Assembly (NCBI GenBank): GCA_035221665.1
Contig: CM069162.1
Location: forward strand, 25,606,001 to 25,670,000
Direction of reading: 5' to 3'
Origin: Okamejei kenojei
Taxonomy: Eukaryota
DNA: 64,000 nt
Shown here: positions 63,233 to 64,000 of the stretch, piece after piece
Numbering within the stretch: the first letter of the stretch is position 1
Layout: each line of letters begins with the position of its first letter
Translations under genes and position numbers: made by a program
The notes under the pieces: generated by a model
Told to the model about the DNA's origin: nothing
The model's database searches: none
Seen by the model: only the letters and a program-made list of their open reading frames with translations

Positions 63233-64000
63233 CTTTTTTTTTAATTTTAATTTTTTTTTTAAAGAAAGAGAAAGAGAAAAGAGAGGAGAAAAAAAAAAAT
63301 ATATATATATATATTCTTGTTATATGTATTTAATTAAAATAAAGTATTATATAGAAAAAAAGAGAGATTATACTATACATCTTAATAGTGAATAACACAA
63401 TTTCAAATAGCGATATTAATGGAGACATGTATACAAATCAAAAAGAAAAACAGAGAGTTATTTTCGTCTAATCCTGCCGGGTACCCATTGAGTTGTGATG
63501 CCAAGAACAGCTACCCCTTCAAATATTCTGTATATGGAGACCATATCTGTTCAAAGAGTTCGTATTTGTCCATTAGGACAAATCTGATTCTTTCCAAATG
63601 CAACGTCTCCAACATTTCCACTGTCCACATTTTAAATGTGGGGGATAATGTTCCCTTCCAAAATTTCAATATTAATTTTTTCCCTATTATCAAACAGTAA
63701 TCCAAGAAATTTCTTTGGGTACTGTTAATATTAGATTTGAATCCGGAACTCCTAATATTATTAAGTTTGGATCTGGGTCTAGTTTAATTTTAAGAACTTC
63801 AGAGATAACTCTAAAGATTTCTGTCCAATAATAATTAAGTTTTATACATGTTACAAAACTATGCGTTAAATTAGCTTCCAAGTTCTGACATTTATCACAA
63901 ATAGGAGAAATGTTAGAATAAATTCTATTTAATTTCGTTTTTGAATAATGTAATCTGTGTAATACCTTAAATTGTATCAATATATGTCTAGCATTTAATG
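63233..64000 (-). mobile_element. Second copy of the same L1 family (3' end of ORF2, 3' UTR, A tail), antisense in an ODAD1 intron
   Basis: Minus ORFs 63690-63980 and 63511-63705 are almost identical to the C-terminus of 36373-37272. Poly(T) at 63233-63260. Runs off the window edge. Confidence 0.95.

Overview
This is eukaryotic (vertebrate) genomic DNA, not prokaryotic. The repeat content (CR1/HER1-type tails, Penelope-type tails, a DeuSINE-like relic) suggests a cartilaginous fish, probably a skate or ray; that is an inference. Bases 1-52469 hold the 3' part of a giant membrane-tethered SEA mucin of the MUC3/MUC12/MUC17 family on the + strand. It begins with a >30 kb Ser/Thr-rich exon of about 20.7 copies of a 1425-bp (475-aa) unit ending in an EGF-like motif. 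Eight small exons follow, which I joined by hand with consistent splice phases: SEA domain with G|SIII cleavage site, second Cys-rich/EGF motif, TM helix and cytoplasmic tail ending ...RPEVVLPVEQ*. A 15.2-kb intron splits the SEA domain and contains a 5'-rearranged L1 (itself interrupted by a 465-bp palindromic DNA element) and a decayed BEL/Pao LTR retrotransposon. Downstream are a CpG-enriched putative promoter, a Penelope-like retroelement with hammerhead-ribozyme motifs plus short satellite copies, CR1/L2/Rex1 fragments, the first two coding exons of ODAD1 (CCDC114), and a second antisense copy of the same L1. I found no evidence for a wholly new multi-gene system. The most unusual items are the mucin repeat architecture, the unclassified palindromic element, the L1 inverted duplication and the ribozyme-bearing mini-elements.
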